A stretch of 64,000 nt of DNA from Octopus bimaculoides. Lineage: Eukaryota. Below are positions 1 through 12,296 of the stretch, one piece after another. The DNA lies in NCBI RefSeq assembly GCF_001194135.2, contig NC_068981.1:63872343-63936342 (forward strand), read 5' to 3'. Position numbers and translations under genes: made by a program. Under the pieces are notes generated by a model, which saw only the letters and a list, made by a program, of their open reading frames with translations, ran no database searches and was not told where the DNA came from. Position 1 is the first letter of the stretch; each line of letters opens with the position of its first letter.

Positions 1-78
1 TATATATATATATATATATTGCATTTTTGTGAGAGTCTAACATACACGGGTATGTGTTACACGGTTAACAAACATATA

Positions 79-1326
79 CAGAGTGGGTGGAAAATAAGGG
101 ATTAGAAATTGCTTATAGAATTTTTAGCATCACTGAAGTCAGGACAAAAGAATTTTTTAAACAGACAACACTAATGGGGATTTCTCGGAGCGAGCGAAGA
201 AAGTAGCACGCTATGAAGTGTGGAATTCCATCGTTTTGCTTCAGAGATGATGGCGTGCGTGGAAAGGTAAGCATGCAACACTACATCCGGAGACAATAAA
301 AAGTTGTCATGCAAAGCTGATGACCGCGGCCTCTATGAACGATGCAAGAAGAAATGGCCGTCGAACCACATCCCAATCAATGGAGAACGTAGCACGATGT
401 TGGTTGGCACTCTGTCGGTTACGAGGACGAGGGTTTCAGTTGAGCCGATCAGCGGAACAACCTACTCGTGAAATTAACGTGCAAGCGGCTGAGCACTCCA
501 CAGACACGTGTACCCTTAACGTAGTTCTCGGGGAGATTCAGCGTGACACGGAGTGAGACAAGGCTGGCCCTTTGAATTACAGGTACAACAAAAACAGGAA
601 GAAAGAGTGTGAGAAAGTTGTGGTGAAAGAGTACAGCAGGGTTCGCCACCATCCCCTACCGGAGCCTCGTGGAACTTTAAGTGTTTTCGCTCAATAAACA
701 CTCACAACGCCCGGTCTGGGAATCGAAACCATGATCCTACGACTGCGAGTTCACTACCCTAACTACTGGGCCATTGCGCCTCCACGAAGAGAACGTAGCA
801 ACAATGCAGGAAATGTTTAATCGCAGCCCGCAAAAATCAACATGTCAAGCAGCTCGTGAAAGTGGACTAACAAGACATACAATACATACGGTGTTGCATA
901 AAGAATTGAATTTTCGTCCGTGGAGACCCCATTACGTGCAGGAGCTAAAACCTGAAAGCTGTGAGCGTAGAATAGAATATGGAAAGGTCTCCAAAATGTC
1001 CAGATCTCACTCCATGTGATTTTTGCCTGTGGGGTTACACAAAAGAGGCGGTGTACATGACAAAACCTCGCACACTGAAGGACTTGGAGACACGAATTCA
1101 GGAGGTTCTCAGTGATGTCCCAGACGACGTCCTTCAGAAGGTTGTTCATTCCATCCCTGACCGTTTGAGGAAACTGGTTGAAGCCACGGGTGCTTACGTT
1201 GAAAAATGAAGATTTACTTTCTTTTTCCCATGTAAAGAACGCGTATCATTTGTTTCAATAAATTTGTAAAGGGAACATGGATTTTATTACCAATTTTTAA
1301 TGTCTGCTTGCTTTTTATCCACCCTG
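79..1326 (+). mobile_element. Decayed IS630-Tc1-mariner DNA transposon (DD41D/rosa-like), internally deleted and interrupted by a SINE
   Basis: Transposase pieces RRNGRRTTSQSMENVA|TMQEMFNRSPQKSTCQAARESGLTRHTIHTVLHKELNFRPWRPHYVQEL (HTH region) and SPKCPDLTPCDFCLWGYTKEAVY..PRTL.DLETRI (C-terminal SPDLTPxDFxLWG block). Catalytic middle is missing. Degenerate TIRs TA-CAGAGTGGGTGGAAAA at 79 and TTTTTATCCACCCTG ending 1326. Subfamily is inferred from motif only. Confidence 0.8.
395..785 (-). mobile_element. tRNA-derived SINE type A1 (OR1-like), full length
   Basis: Head GTGGAGGCGCAATGGCCCAGTAGTTAGG...TTTCGATTCCC (A/B boxes). 12-bp TSD GAGAACGTAGCA at 383-394 and 789-800; removing the SINE rejoins the transposase frame. 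Confidence 0.9.
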
Positions 1327-1412
1327 CATATGTTCGAGTTAAAGTGTAGCGTCCACTTCTTGCAGGGCGAGAGACAGTACAGAGACTGCGCCACAGGCTT
1401 GTTAAACACATG

Positions 1413-1801
1413 TTTTGTTGTTGACACTCCGTCGCTTTCAACGTCGAGGGTTCCAGTTGATCCGAACAACGGAACAGCCTGCTCGTAAAATTAACGTGCA
1501 AGTGGTTGAGCACTCCACAGACACGTGTACCCTTAACGTAGTTCTCGGGGATATTCAGTGCGACACAGTGTGACAAGGCTGACCCTTTGAATTACAGGCA
1601 CAACAGAAACAGGAAGTAAGAGTGAGAGAAAGTTGTGGTGAAAGAGTACAGCAGGGTTCGCCACCATCCCCTGCCGGAGCCTCGTGGCACTTTTAGGTGT
1701 TTTCGCTCAATAAACACTCACAACGCCCGGTCTGGGAATCGAAACTGCGATCCTATGACCGCGAGTCCGCTGCTCTAACTACTAGGCCATTGCGCCTCCA
1801 C
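1413..1801 (-). mobile_element. tRNA-derived SINE type A1, full length
   Basis: Collinear with 395-785; 12-bp TSD GTTAAACACATG at 1401-1412 and 1802-1813. Confidence 0.9.
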
Positions 1802-2417
1802 GTTAAACACATGACACATTGTAAAACTCTCTAATTATTTATCTTCTACACTTTAGAATCTGTGGTTTCGTATCTATGGTAGAAGTCATAATTTACATCA
1901 TGCTTTAGTTTCTTCAACTGTAAGAAATGAAAGGAAAAGATAATGAAAATTTTATACTAATGCTCATAAGGCGGAGACTGTACTTTAACAAGGCGTAAAG
2001 AGCAACAGCTTCGTGACGAAAGTGGGAAGGTTTCCACTTTATCTTCTGATGAGTGTGAAATGATTAGCATTTACCATAAAAAGAAAGACAAAACGAAAAA
2101 AATAAAAAAATAGAATCCTCTGAAGACCTACGGTGAACCGAAACGAAAGGCTTAGCACAAAAGGCAGAAATAAAAATGTGTAAAAGCTCTCGAGGGAAAC
2201 ATTATAAGGGTTAAGCCGGTACTAGGGGAATGACAATATAAATGAATTGAGTGAGGTGTTATGTGAAGTTGGGTACATATAAAAAATAAAATAAAATAAA
2301 TCTTTGTGTTTCGACCATATAATTAATTGAAATGCTTTAGAAGGGAACACACACACCAAAAGAGAAAAAAATAACATACGCTAGATAAGTAGTTTGTTAC
2401 ATAGATAGTTATGAGAA

Positions 2418-2450
<33 letters not shown>

Positions 2451-2451
2451 C

Positions 2452-2482
<31 letters not shown>

Positions 2483-3364
2483 GGTTGGTACCATGTGTGA
2501 ATTAGAAACTAAATCAGTGACACAAAGAAAGAACCGATGTTTTGCGACGAATGCCTTAGAGTCAAGTAAATGAATAAATTCTATGTACTGAGCACGTTTT
2601 ATTTTTCTCTAGTTTTTCACATCAGATACACACACACACTAACATATACATATATTGATGGATACACACACACACGTATATATGTATTTGTATTTCGTTT
2701 TTGTATTTGGTTTTCAAGATACTTGATGTGAAAACGTGTTGGGACAAATTTTTTAGTGCCTTTAGGGAGTCATTACATCAATAATAATAATAATAACACA
2801 CATACAGGCTCACTCTACTTCTAACTAACGAATCGATCTTTTGTTTAACATGTTGGTTAAACAAGCAATCAGTTATTTGTTAGTGAAGTTCGCTTCATCG
2901 CTGTTCGAGAATTCAATATTCTAGCCGTATAAAAACTATGGTTCTTATTTATAAGAAAAGGATAAAGCTTGGCCCATAGGGGGTCTTTCTACTTGTTAGA
3001 TATATAAAATAAAACCTAATACCTATCAAACCGCACCCTGTGTTGGTAACTTAAGGGGAAAATATCAGGAATACTATAAATCTTTGTGCAATGTTGGAAA
3101 TCATAACAGTTATTATTTAAGACGGAAAAGAAAATGGTGATGGTTTAGCAGACTTGGTTAGAGTAGCAAGCAAAACAATTTGTAGCGTTTCTTCCAACAG
3201 TTTACGTTGTGAATTTGAATCCACTAAAGGTCAACTTTGCTTTTCATCCCTTCGAGATCGATAAAAGAAATGCGCAAATCAAAAAGTGAGTGGATCAATG
3301 GTATATACTAAACCTTTTCTATCAAAATTTCTGTCCTTCTAATTAAATTAGAAACAACAATATA

Positions 3365-3580
3365 TAATATGGTTTCAAATTTTTGCACAGCAATTTCAAG
3401 GGAGTGGGGTAAGTCGATTGCATCGACCCGAGTGTTAAACTGGTACTTATTTTATCGACTCCGATACGATGAAAGATAAAGGCGATCTCGGCGGAATTTG
3501 AACTCGGAACGTAAAGACGGATGAAATTTCGCTAGGCATTTTGTTCGGCATATTAACGATTTTGCCAGCTCGCCGCACTC
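3365..3580 (-). mobile_element. SINE type C (Nin/Deu-domain-like), tail variant C2
   Basis: Head GGCGAGCTGGCAAAATCGTTA, B-box-like GTTCCGAGTTCAAATTCCGCCGAG, central TTTCATC..CGGAGTCGATAAAATAAGTACCAG resembling the Nin/Deu SINE domain, tail AAAATTTGAAACCA. Confidence 0.8.
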
Positions 3581-4409
3581 GCACTGATATAAAATAAAAA
3601 ATTATTCTTTCATTCTTCAGTTTGATTACAATTTCAAAGTTTAAACATTCCGAATCGCCGAACGTCGATCTTCAAAACTAAATACTATTATTAATATCTG
3701 TTTCTTATCAGTCTCTGAGTACTTTCTATCGCCGAGATAACTGATTTCTAACATTGTTACTTATATGAGGAAATTACATTGATTTAGCGGAATCTCAGCA
3801 TTTATTTTATGGTGCTCTGAAAGAAAAGGATATTTCTAACCCGAGATTTAACTAAAGGCTACAATCTAGTAAATTAATGCTTTGCAAGACTAAGTACAAT
3901 AGTGACTTTCCGGACATTGAGTGTCCGGAAACTCTTATAATCTGCACTGGAAGTTCAATTTCCTGCAACCGCCAGACTAGTTACTGGTACCTTGCACAAT
4001 ATATCATTAAAAGACTTGTATTATTTACACTAATCTACAGGCATCTTCTGTTGTGTCTGGGGAGAGTCATTCTCTTTTAGTATCTTATAATTTAACACAC
4101 TCACCGGTAAAGTTTCCACTCATTTCCTTCTTTAATTTTCTAAAATTTTCGTTGCGTCTTGCAAACTTTTCAAAAACGAAAATAAAATAAGCTTTATACA
4201 GGCATCTGTTTTTCATTTAATTATGCAAGTTAATTTATATTGGTTTAATATAGTGTGTGCTGACCCAAGATGACCACCCCTGGTTCGGAAAATTCAGTAA
4301 CCTAGAAAAGTGTAGGAACTAGAATTTCCAGAAAAAAGATGTACCTCTAGTTTTTAGGCCAAACTTACCAGCTATAAATCATATCGTTGATAAAGCTTAT
4401 AACTGTTAA

Positions 4410-4822
4410 TATTTGTTTCAAATTTTGACACAAGGCCAGAAATTTTAGGAGAGGGGTGAGCCGATCACATTGATATCCAGTGTTCAACTATTACTTATTT
4501 TATCGACCCTGAAAAGATTAAAGGTAAAGTCGACTCGGCGGAATTTGAACTCAGAATATAAAGACGGACGAAATGCCGCTAAGCATTTTGCCCGGCTCAC
4601 TTTCGATTTTGCCAACTACTAATATTGGTTTCAAATTTTGGCATAGGGTAGAAATGTTTAGAGGTGAGTAAGTCAATAAGATTGACCCCAGGGTTCAACT
4701 GGTACATATTTTATCGACCCCGAAAGGACGAAAAGGTAAAGACGACCTCGGGGAAATTTGAACTTAGAACGCATTTTGCCCAGTGCACTAACTCTTCTGG
4801 CAGCTTGCCGCCCTTGCCAGCT
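4410..4822 (-). mobile_element. Two head-to-tail SINE type C copies
   Basis: Copies at about 4410-4618 and 4621-4822, each with GTTCAAATT(C)CGCCGAG and GATAAAAT..GTACCAG motifs. Confidence 0.8.
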
Positions 4823-4844
4823 CTTAATATTGTAATCAATTTTA

Positions 4845-5057
4845 GGAGGCGAACTGGCAAAATCGATAGCGCGTCGGACAAAATGCTTAGCGGTGTTTCG
4901 TCTGTCTTTTCATTCTAAGTTCAAATTCCGTCGAGGGTCGGCTTTGTTTTTCATCCTGTCGGGGTCCATAAAATAAGTACCAGTTGAATACTGGAGTCAA
5001 TGTAATCGACTATTCCTTCTTTCAAAATTGCTGGCCTTGTACCAAAATTTGAAACCA
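4845..5057 (+). mobile_element. SINE type C2
   Basis: AGGAGGCGAACTGGCAAAATCG head through CCTTGTACCAAAATTTGAAACCA tail; head-to-head with the preceding pair. Confidence 0.85.
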
Positions 5058-5580
5058 TTATTGCGATGAATGTATAAGTATAATCAACTATGCACTATTA
5101 TTTTGCAGTCCAGTATTGGTGCTCCCTACTATGATTCAATATATATTACAGCACCACTAAAATATATGAAGCAATAAATGTCCCCTACGTTGTGGGGGAA
5201 TTTTGAGAAGAGCGCTGATTAGTTGCTAATTTCATGCCATAAAGGGGAAAGATAACACACGGAGAAAACGAGATATTGCACTTAACTTTAGTTGCTAATA
5301 TGGCACGAGCAGGCATTTATCATGGTTTGGTAACTAACGGTACGTAGAATTCAATGTACAGTTTAATTTAATCTAAAAGTCTTCTGAAGTCGAAGTGAAG
5401 CCCGTTGGTTGTTGCAGTACGGTATCGTCTTAGCCAGATCATTTCGACTCTACACTACGAAAATACATGCTATTTTTTCTTCTACACAATCACAAGAAAT
5501 CGCCGAAAAATTTGCAAAAAGATTATTTCTGCCAACTTTTCTTTGCTCTCAAAATTTCTTTTATTGCAGATTTATTCTAC

Positions 5581-5799
5581 CGAGGGTATGCTGAAAAGTT
5601 CCTTGTCTTTGGGTAAAAGAAAATACAGGAGGATCAGTTAATTATGATTTCATACAAATACATTCCGCTCTCAGATTCACCCACTTATTGCAGCAATCCT
5701 TCAGTTTATCTAAGCCCTATAAAAGAACTCGGAAGTTTGGGCCTCCAGCCAGGACTTTCGCGGTTCCCTTAAAGACAAGAACTTTTCAACACCCCCTCG
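5581..5799. mobile_element. Mariner-type MITE
   Basis: ~30-bp TIRs CGAGGGTATGCTGAAAAGTTCCTTGTCTTT / AAAGACAAGAACTTTTCAACACCCCCTCG, TA dinucleotides at or next to both ends, no coding sequence. Confidence 0.8.
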
Positions 5800-5893
5800 T
5801 ACTGCTGGAGTACTGGACATCATACTGGAGTAAAACAATGACGATTTGGGTGGTGTTTAAGAAAAAGAAACACACTTATACATACACAAACAC

Positions 5894-5930
<37 letters not shown>

Positions 5931-6817
5931 TGTTCAGTTTACGAAGCATGTTTTTCTGTTCCTCCTCCCTGTATGTATAATGTTCCATTTCACCCTGCAG
6001 TTGTTTATGTGCACAAGTGTTTGATTTCTGCCGAGCATCTCCCTTGACAGAATGTTTGTTTTCCTATACCAAGCTTGGCATCGTGTTCGTAAACCTCACT
6101 CCGCCAAAGGACCCAAGTTATTTCTCTAAAATACTTCAGTTTCAATTAGAGAGTTTATTTTACATTATTGAGTTCGAATAAAAACATAATAAACCAAAAC
6201 GTTTTGACAAGTGGGTTTTCTTTCTTTCTTTTTTCGTAAGCCTTCCGGCATGGATTCGTACTAGTGGACGACATTTACCGCAGAAGCTCGGCATATTGAT
6301 GTGAAGAAAGAGTGCAAAAGATGATGAGAGAAACAAAGAAAAAGGTAGATAGATACATAAATAGATAAATAGAGAAAGAGAGAGAGAGTGAGAGAAGTAA
6401 AGCGAGGGAAAGAAGTAAAGAAAAATGCACAAGAGCCGAAGGAAGAAAAAAAAAACAATGAAAAAGAATCAAATTTTCAAGTATTTAGGATTTTTGCATT
6501 AAAATTTGAGACATAAGCTTATACCAAGCTGAGATAGCGGTGCGGTTTCAATACCACGATGGATTATTTTCACTTCAATTCTATAGTGACGAAAATAGCA
6601 CTTCTAGGTAGTCACACGTCTTGCTAGAAAAAGCAATTAGATCTCTTTCAAATTATGCACTACTGTATTTGGAAAAGAAGGACTCATTACATAATGTAGA
6701 GCAATGCTTGCGTTTGCTTAGTTTAGTGCGACAATTTTCTTAAAGTTTGAAGGAATTTAACTTTTGTAACGACACCATAAATCCTTGAGTTTAAGGTATC
6801 ATACATGCACCTACAGT

Positions 6818-7104
6818 GAGGGCGCGTGGCTTAGTGGTTAGGGCATTCGGCTCACGATCGTAAGGTCGTGAGTTCAATTCCCGGGGATGCTTTATGTTCT
6901 TGAGCAAGACACTTCTTTTTTTCTATCTACGCACTCCATTCAGCTGGCAAAAATTAATAGTACCTGTAATTCAAAGGGCTGGCCTTGTCACATTTTGTGT
7001 CACTCTGAATATACCTGAGAACGACGTTAACGGAACACGTGTCTGTGGAGAGCTCAGCCACTTGCACGTTGATTTCACGTATAGGCTGTTCCGACGGAGT
7101 GCCA
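6818..7104 (+). mobile_element. tRNA-derived SINE type A2 (OR2-like, CORE-like centre)
   Basis: Head GAGGGCGCGTGGCTTAGTGGTTAGG..GAGTTCAATTCCC; centre TTCTTGAGCAAGACACTT (CORE-like); 3' part shared with A1, with an internal deletion near the tail. Confidence 0.85.
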
Positions 7105-7232
7105 GTTTATATAAAAGTATGTGTGTGTATGTCTCTGTGTGTGAGTCTAACGCCTGTGCGTGGGTATGTGTGTATGTTTCGATACACCTGCTTGTTATTC
7201 ATACACCTGTCTTCGTCTTTTGTTTTTCTGCT

Positions 7233-7269
<37 letters not shown>

Positions 7270-8149
7270 NNNNNNNNNNNNNNNNNNNNNNNNNNNNNNN
7301 NNNNNNNNNNNNNNNNNNNNNNNNNNNNNNNNNNNNNNNNNNNNNNNNNNNNNNNNNNNNNNNNNNNNNNNNNNNNNNNNNNNNNNNNNNNNNNNNNNNN
7401 NNNNNNNNNNNNNNNNNNNNNNNNNNNNNNNNNNNNNNNNNNNNNNNNNNNNNNNNNNNNNNNNNNNNNNNNNNNNNNNNNNNNNNNNNNNNNNATATAT
7501 ATATACATACATATATATTTATGTACATATATATGTATATATATATATATATATACGTATATGTATATATATATATGTGTGTGTGTGTTTATATATATAC
7601 ATATATATGTATGTGTATATATATATTTATAAATATATATTTATATATAAGTATATATAATATCAATACCAATAATATTAATAAAATAACTAAGATAATC
7701 TTACTCATTAATATTATTAGTATTGATATTATTGATATTGATGTTGTCACCTTCATCATAATTGTTTTCGTATAACACATTACTCTGCAAAATTACAGTA
7801 GTCCTCTATATTTTAATTTACCTTAATGCTAATTTTACAAACTTTAATTTTAGCTAAATTTTAACCCTAACCCTTTTATTAGTTTAAATTTTAAGACCTG
7901 ACCAATCAAGTCAACCTGCATTCACAATTAATTTTCAACAACTTTAACTTGACATCAGCCCACTTGCAGCAACATCTCTAAATCTATCAGTATTTATATC
8001 TCGATAATATAAGCTTTAATGACCTCTACAATATGTATAAAAATAATATCCTTTCACTCTCTTACATTATCCCTCCCCGCTATACTAGATTAAAAACTGA
8101 ATATTACTGTCTTAGACTGATCCATGTCCATGAAAACACCATATAAAAT

Positions 8150-8590
8150 TTCAACACAATGGCTGGAGAATATTTAATTTATATACAATGCTAATATGGT
8201 AATGGGTACTGACCTATGTTTAGACTGTCCCTCTTCCAAATTTAGCCATACAATGCCCCTCTTTCAACTAAGTGACTCCTGTACCACTCCCTTACTTTCT
8301 TCCACCCCTTTGTATCCTGTCTTCCTCTGTTCTCTATTCTACTTGAATATCTCAATCTTCCCCCACCTTCCCCACACAATGACCATTCCTCAAGTGCTCT
8401 GCTTGTTATATCCAGAAATGGCTCTGACGAAAGTAGCATTAATTTTGTTAGGTCGTTCAATTTACCTCAATTGATTAATAGACCAACTGAATAAACCTAT
8501 GAATAATGTACCTATAATGACTACTGGAAACTAGAAACAGCTGTAAGCCAAATTTGCTCCAATAAAGGAATATGTAATGGCCTTTATTTT
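8150..8590 (+). mobile_element. Probable Penelope-like element 3' terminal region
   Basis: Pyrimidine-rich tract followed by a hammerhead-like motif (8419-8550), AATAAA and (TA)n. No coding sequence recognised, so the class is inferred. Confidence 0.4.
8419..8550 (+). ncRNA. Type-I hammerhead ribozyme-like motif with long stem-II insert (probably degenerate)
   Basis: TGGCT-CTGACGA (8424-30)...GAAA (8534-37)-palindrome ACAGCTGT-A|AGCCA. Stem I TGGCT/AGCCA is perfect; stem II AGTAG/CTACT is offset by a GAAACTA duplication. Confidence 0.55.
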
Positions 8591-9319
8591 ACTTATATAT
8601 ATATATATATNNNNNNNNNNNNNNNNNNNNNNNNNNNNNNNNNNNNNNNNNNNNNNNNNNNNNNNNNNNNNNNNNNAATATAAATAATATATAAATATAT
8701 GCATATATCCATACATATATGTACATACCTACATCTATATCTCTATTTATATATATGCATATATGAGTACAGGACATCAAAAATCCTTAAACACAATGAG
8801 AAACGAAAACAGAAAACGAACTTTTTTCGAACAACGAAAAAAACAAACAGAGAAACGAAACATGCAACATAAAGAGTATACCCCTTCGTCAGTTCTCCCT
8901 GTTTCATCTACACCGCGTTTCGAAGGCAAGGACAATACGCGACTTTGACTGTTGAAACAGTCCTTCCCGCAAAGCAAATTAAATAAAATTTGGGATTTTT
9001 TGCGCAAGGTAAAAGTGTTAACAAGAACAGGACAGTGAGAACAAGACAGTAGCTACTATATAGGTTTTAAACAACTGACCGTGAGGGGGTAGATCTGCAA
9101 ATAGATCTGTGAATTGTTTTCGAGAATTTGTTGCAATTGCTTCCTCCATCCAGAGTCATATCCCAATGATGATCATATTCGTCGCATGTATGTATGTATA
9201 TATGTATGTATATAAACTGAATGAAGACTGTCGTATGTGTGTGTGCGCATGTGTATATGAATGTGTGCGCGTGCGTTTTTGTCTTTCTGTCTGCGTTTCT
9301 CTAGCCAAATTCTTTTAGG

Positions 9320-9478
9320 TTCCCGTAACTTAGCGGTTCGGCGAAAGAAACCGATAGGATAAGTACCGGATTTTAACAAAAAACGTCATGGGGCCGGTTT
9401 GTTCCACTAAAAACCCTTCAAGGTGGTGCTGCAGCATGGCTACAGTCGAATGACTGAAACAAATAAAAGAATAAAAAA
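9320..9478 (+). mobile_element. SINE type B, 3' half
   Basis: CCCGTAACTTAGCGGTTCGGCGAAAG..CCGATAGGATAAGTAC..CAGCATGGCTACAGTCGAATGACTGAAACAAATAAAAGAATAAAA tail. Confidence 0.8.
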
Positions 9479-9502
9479 ATATTTTATGTATATATATTAT
9501 AC

Positions 9503-9533
<31 letters not shown>

Positions 9534-11178
9534 TGTATGTGTGTACGTACATACTTAAACGCATGCAAACCTACGTGTATATCATAAATAGTATGTTGTT
9601 GGAATATCTGTTCGTGTTTACTAATCAATTAAAGCTATAATTTGTTCATTTATCTAGCATCAACAAATTAATTCTTTTAAAGAATTGCTCACACTGGCCA
9701 CCACTGGTCCCTAGGCTACCGTGGTTTAATCTATCGTATGGTACTTTATTGAAATATTGCTCTTTTAGGTGGTTCATAGGCAGACATGTTAGATCGTCGG
9801 CCAATTACGTTTTCTGTAGCTGTTTTAATGTATTTTTATTCTGAGTTCAAATAACACCAAAATCAATTTTGCCTTTCACCATTCTAGAACCGATAAATAA
9901 AATGCTATTCATGCACTGGAGTTTAGATTTTTCTGAGTTTGTCTTTTCCTAACTCTCTTCGGCAATAATTTACTTCACGCTGAGAGAAGGGCCGTGGGGT
10001 TAGAAGAACGAGAACCTTTTCTCAAGAAAAGGAGAAAGTTTTAACGAGGTGCTATCAAACTTTTCTCATAGGAAAATTTCACGTAGCAGAATAATATTAA
10101 TTGATGGTAATTTGGTTGCGATTTCTAGAAAATCAGAAAGGCTAAATCTGGGGTCCCAACAACAAGAACTAATGCAAAATACCGCAGTTATTAGATCCCA
10201 AATAAATCGTACAATTTCCAAAGTAGAAAAGATGGTTAACCATATGATTAAAGTTTCTAACAAAAATAACTAAGAATTTTATAGAAATATAGAAATTTCG
10301 TAATAGTAAACACAGAAGATATTTTTGGTGCGGTTGTAATTATACTGAGGTAGGTAGCCATAGATGGAACTTACTGAAGAAAAACTTACCTACAGCACGG
10401 ATCGATAAAACTATATGGAACGTTATCAGCGATCGAGGGATTTACAGAATCCATCACAGAAGATTATGGTATTGAATTACAGAGACAGCCGAGCAAATCT
10501 AAAGGAAATTACGACTGAAGTAGTCGCTATTCCAGCAGGACCCTATAAATATATATATGTGTATATATATGCATGTAATATATGATGAATGTCATTTATA
10601 TATATATATATATATATATATATNNNNNNNNNNNNNNNNNNNNNNNNNNNNNNNNNNNNNNNNNNNNNNNNNNNNNNNNNNNNNNNNNNNNNNNNNNNNN
10701 NNNNNNNNNNNNNNNNNNNNNNNNNNNNNNNNNNNNNNNNNNNNNNNNNNNNNNNNNNNNNNNNNNNNNNNNNNNNNNNNNNNNNNNNNNNNNNNNNNNN
10801 NNNNNNNNNNNNNNNNNNNNNNNNNNNNNNNNNNNNNNNNNNNNNNNNNNNNNNNNNNNNNNNNNNNNNNNNNNNNNNNNNNNNNNNNNNNNNNNNNNNN
10901 NNNNNNNNNNNNNNNNNNNNNNNNNNNNNNNNNNNNNNNNNNNNNNNNNNNNNNNNNNNNNNNNNNNNNNNNNNNNNNNNNNNNNNNNNNNNNNNNNNNN
11001 NNNNNNATATATATATATATATATACATGTATACACACACACATTTCAATTAATGAAATGTCACGTATATAATGATACACAGGCACGCGCACTTTCAAAC
11101 CTACGTATATACACATACTCACACACACATGTATATTTATATATATTCATACATATATGTATGTACATAAAGATGTAC

Positions 11179-11232
<54 letters not shown>

Positions 11233-11335
11233 TCAAATATAAATATGATTCCAATCAAATATCAGTGTAGTCATACCTGATTTCATATACATGCATACAC
11301 ACACACATACACACACACACACACACCCACACACA

Positions 11336-11372
<37 letters not shown>

Positions 11373-11450
11373 ATATACATTTAAATATATACACATATAG
11401 ATTATATGTGTGTATATATATATGCATATATATATATGTGTGTATGTATG

Positions 11451-11487
<37 letters not shown>

Positions 11488-12097
11488 GCGAAGCACACGG
11501 TCAAAAGCTGGATTATGCACTTGACGTGTAGTCAAGTGCGTTGGCTGTAGCTAAAAACTGGAACTAAATTACCTCTCGCACATGGTTTAACCCAAGAGAG
11601 TATACGATGCCGAATGAAGTTTTGTGCAAGAAAACTTTTATAATCTCCAAATATGTGTGCCGTATCAGGGGAGAGGGGAACCTGGGGTTGCTCTAAGTTC
11701 TTCCAATACAGCTTTACTACGTCGTATGAATATCTGAGTATGTGTGTGTGTGTGTGTGTATTTTCTCATCTATTTTTAATCATTTGACGTGTTTCTGTAG
11801 GGAAGGAGTTACTTTCTAACACAATATTTGGAATGCATATGGCAGCATAATGTGTATATGTACACCTCACCTAACACACGCATACGCATACGCACACGCA
11901 CACGCACACACATATAGATGTAGAGTGAAGGAGATAAATATCGATGCATATATAAGTATATATATGTGTAATATAATATATATTATACATATTATATTAT
12001 ATATATATGAATTATATAATTTATATATATATATATATATATAGATAGATACATTATTTACATTTGACGGATATTCGTCCTCATCTTGTTTGTTGTT

Positions 12098-12147
12098 AAC
12101 ACAACGTTTCGGCTGATATACCCTCGGCTGATATACCCTCAGGTGTC
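12098..12147 (-). ncRNA. Broken minimal hammerhead ribozyme in the Penelope terminal repeat
   Basis: GACAC-CTGA..GAAA-CG-TT|GTGTT: stem I GACAC/GTGTT and palindromic stem III ACGT. Core NGA and the stem-II 5' strand are replaced by a 15-bp tandem duplication GAGGGTATATCAGCC x2. Confidence 0.6.
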
Positions 12148-12224
12148 TTGGGGAAATTTCGAACCTGGGTTCTCATTCCTATCGATGTTACTATTATTAT
12201 TATATTATTATTATTATTAATCAT

Positions 12225-12296
12225 GTCGCTGCCGTGAATCGAACTCGGAACCTTGGGGTTAGTAGCCCGCGCTCTTAACCACTACGCCATATGCCC
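12225..12296 (-). other. tRNA-like sequence (Pol III A and B boxes) inside the Penelope terminal region
   Basis: GGGCATATGGCGTAGTGGTTAAGAGCGCGGGCTACTAACCCCAAGGTTCCGAGTTCGATTCACGGCAGCGAC; A box TGGCGTAGTGG 12289-12279, B box GAGTTCGATTC 12246-12236. The acceptor stem does not pair, so it is not a functional tRNA. Confidence 0.75.

Noticed and set aside
700-785. tRNA genes at SINE heads (also 1720-1801, 6818-6890, 31853-31925, 12225-12296)
   Set aside because: A and B boxes are present but cloverleaf acceptor stems do not pair, and the SINE heads run into SINE bodies.
2005-2150. GTGACGA plus hairpin, CTGATGA and CTGAAGA..GAAAC; also a possible C/D snoRNA (TGATGA..CTGA)
   Set aside because: GAAA half missing or stem II unpaired; terminal stem only 3 bp and no recognisable rRNA guide.
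3905-3935. TTTCCGGACA-TTGAG-TGTCCGGAAA hairpin as hammerhead stem II
   Set aside because: No CUGANGA core or stem III in this copy.
8880-8935. Hammerhead words on the minus strand (GAAACGCG..CTGACGAAGGGG)
   Set aside because: Permuted order with no valid NUH site and no register for stem I or II.
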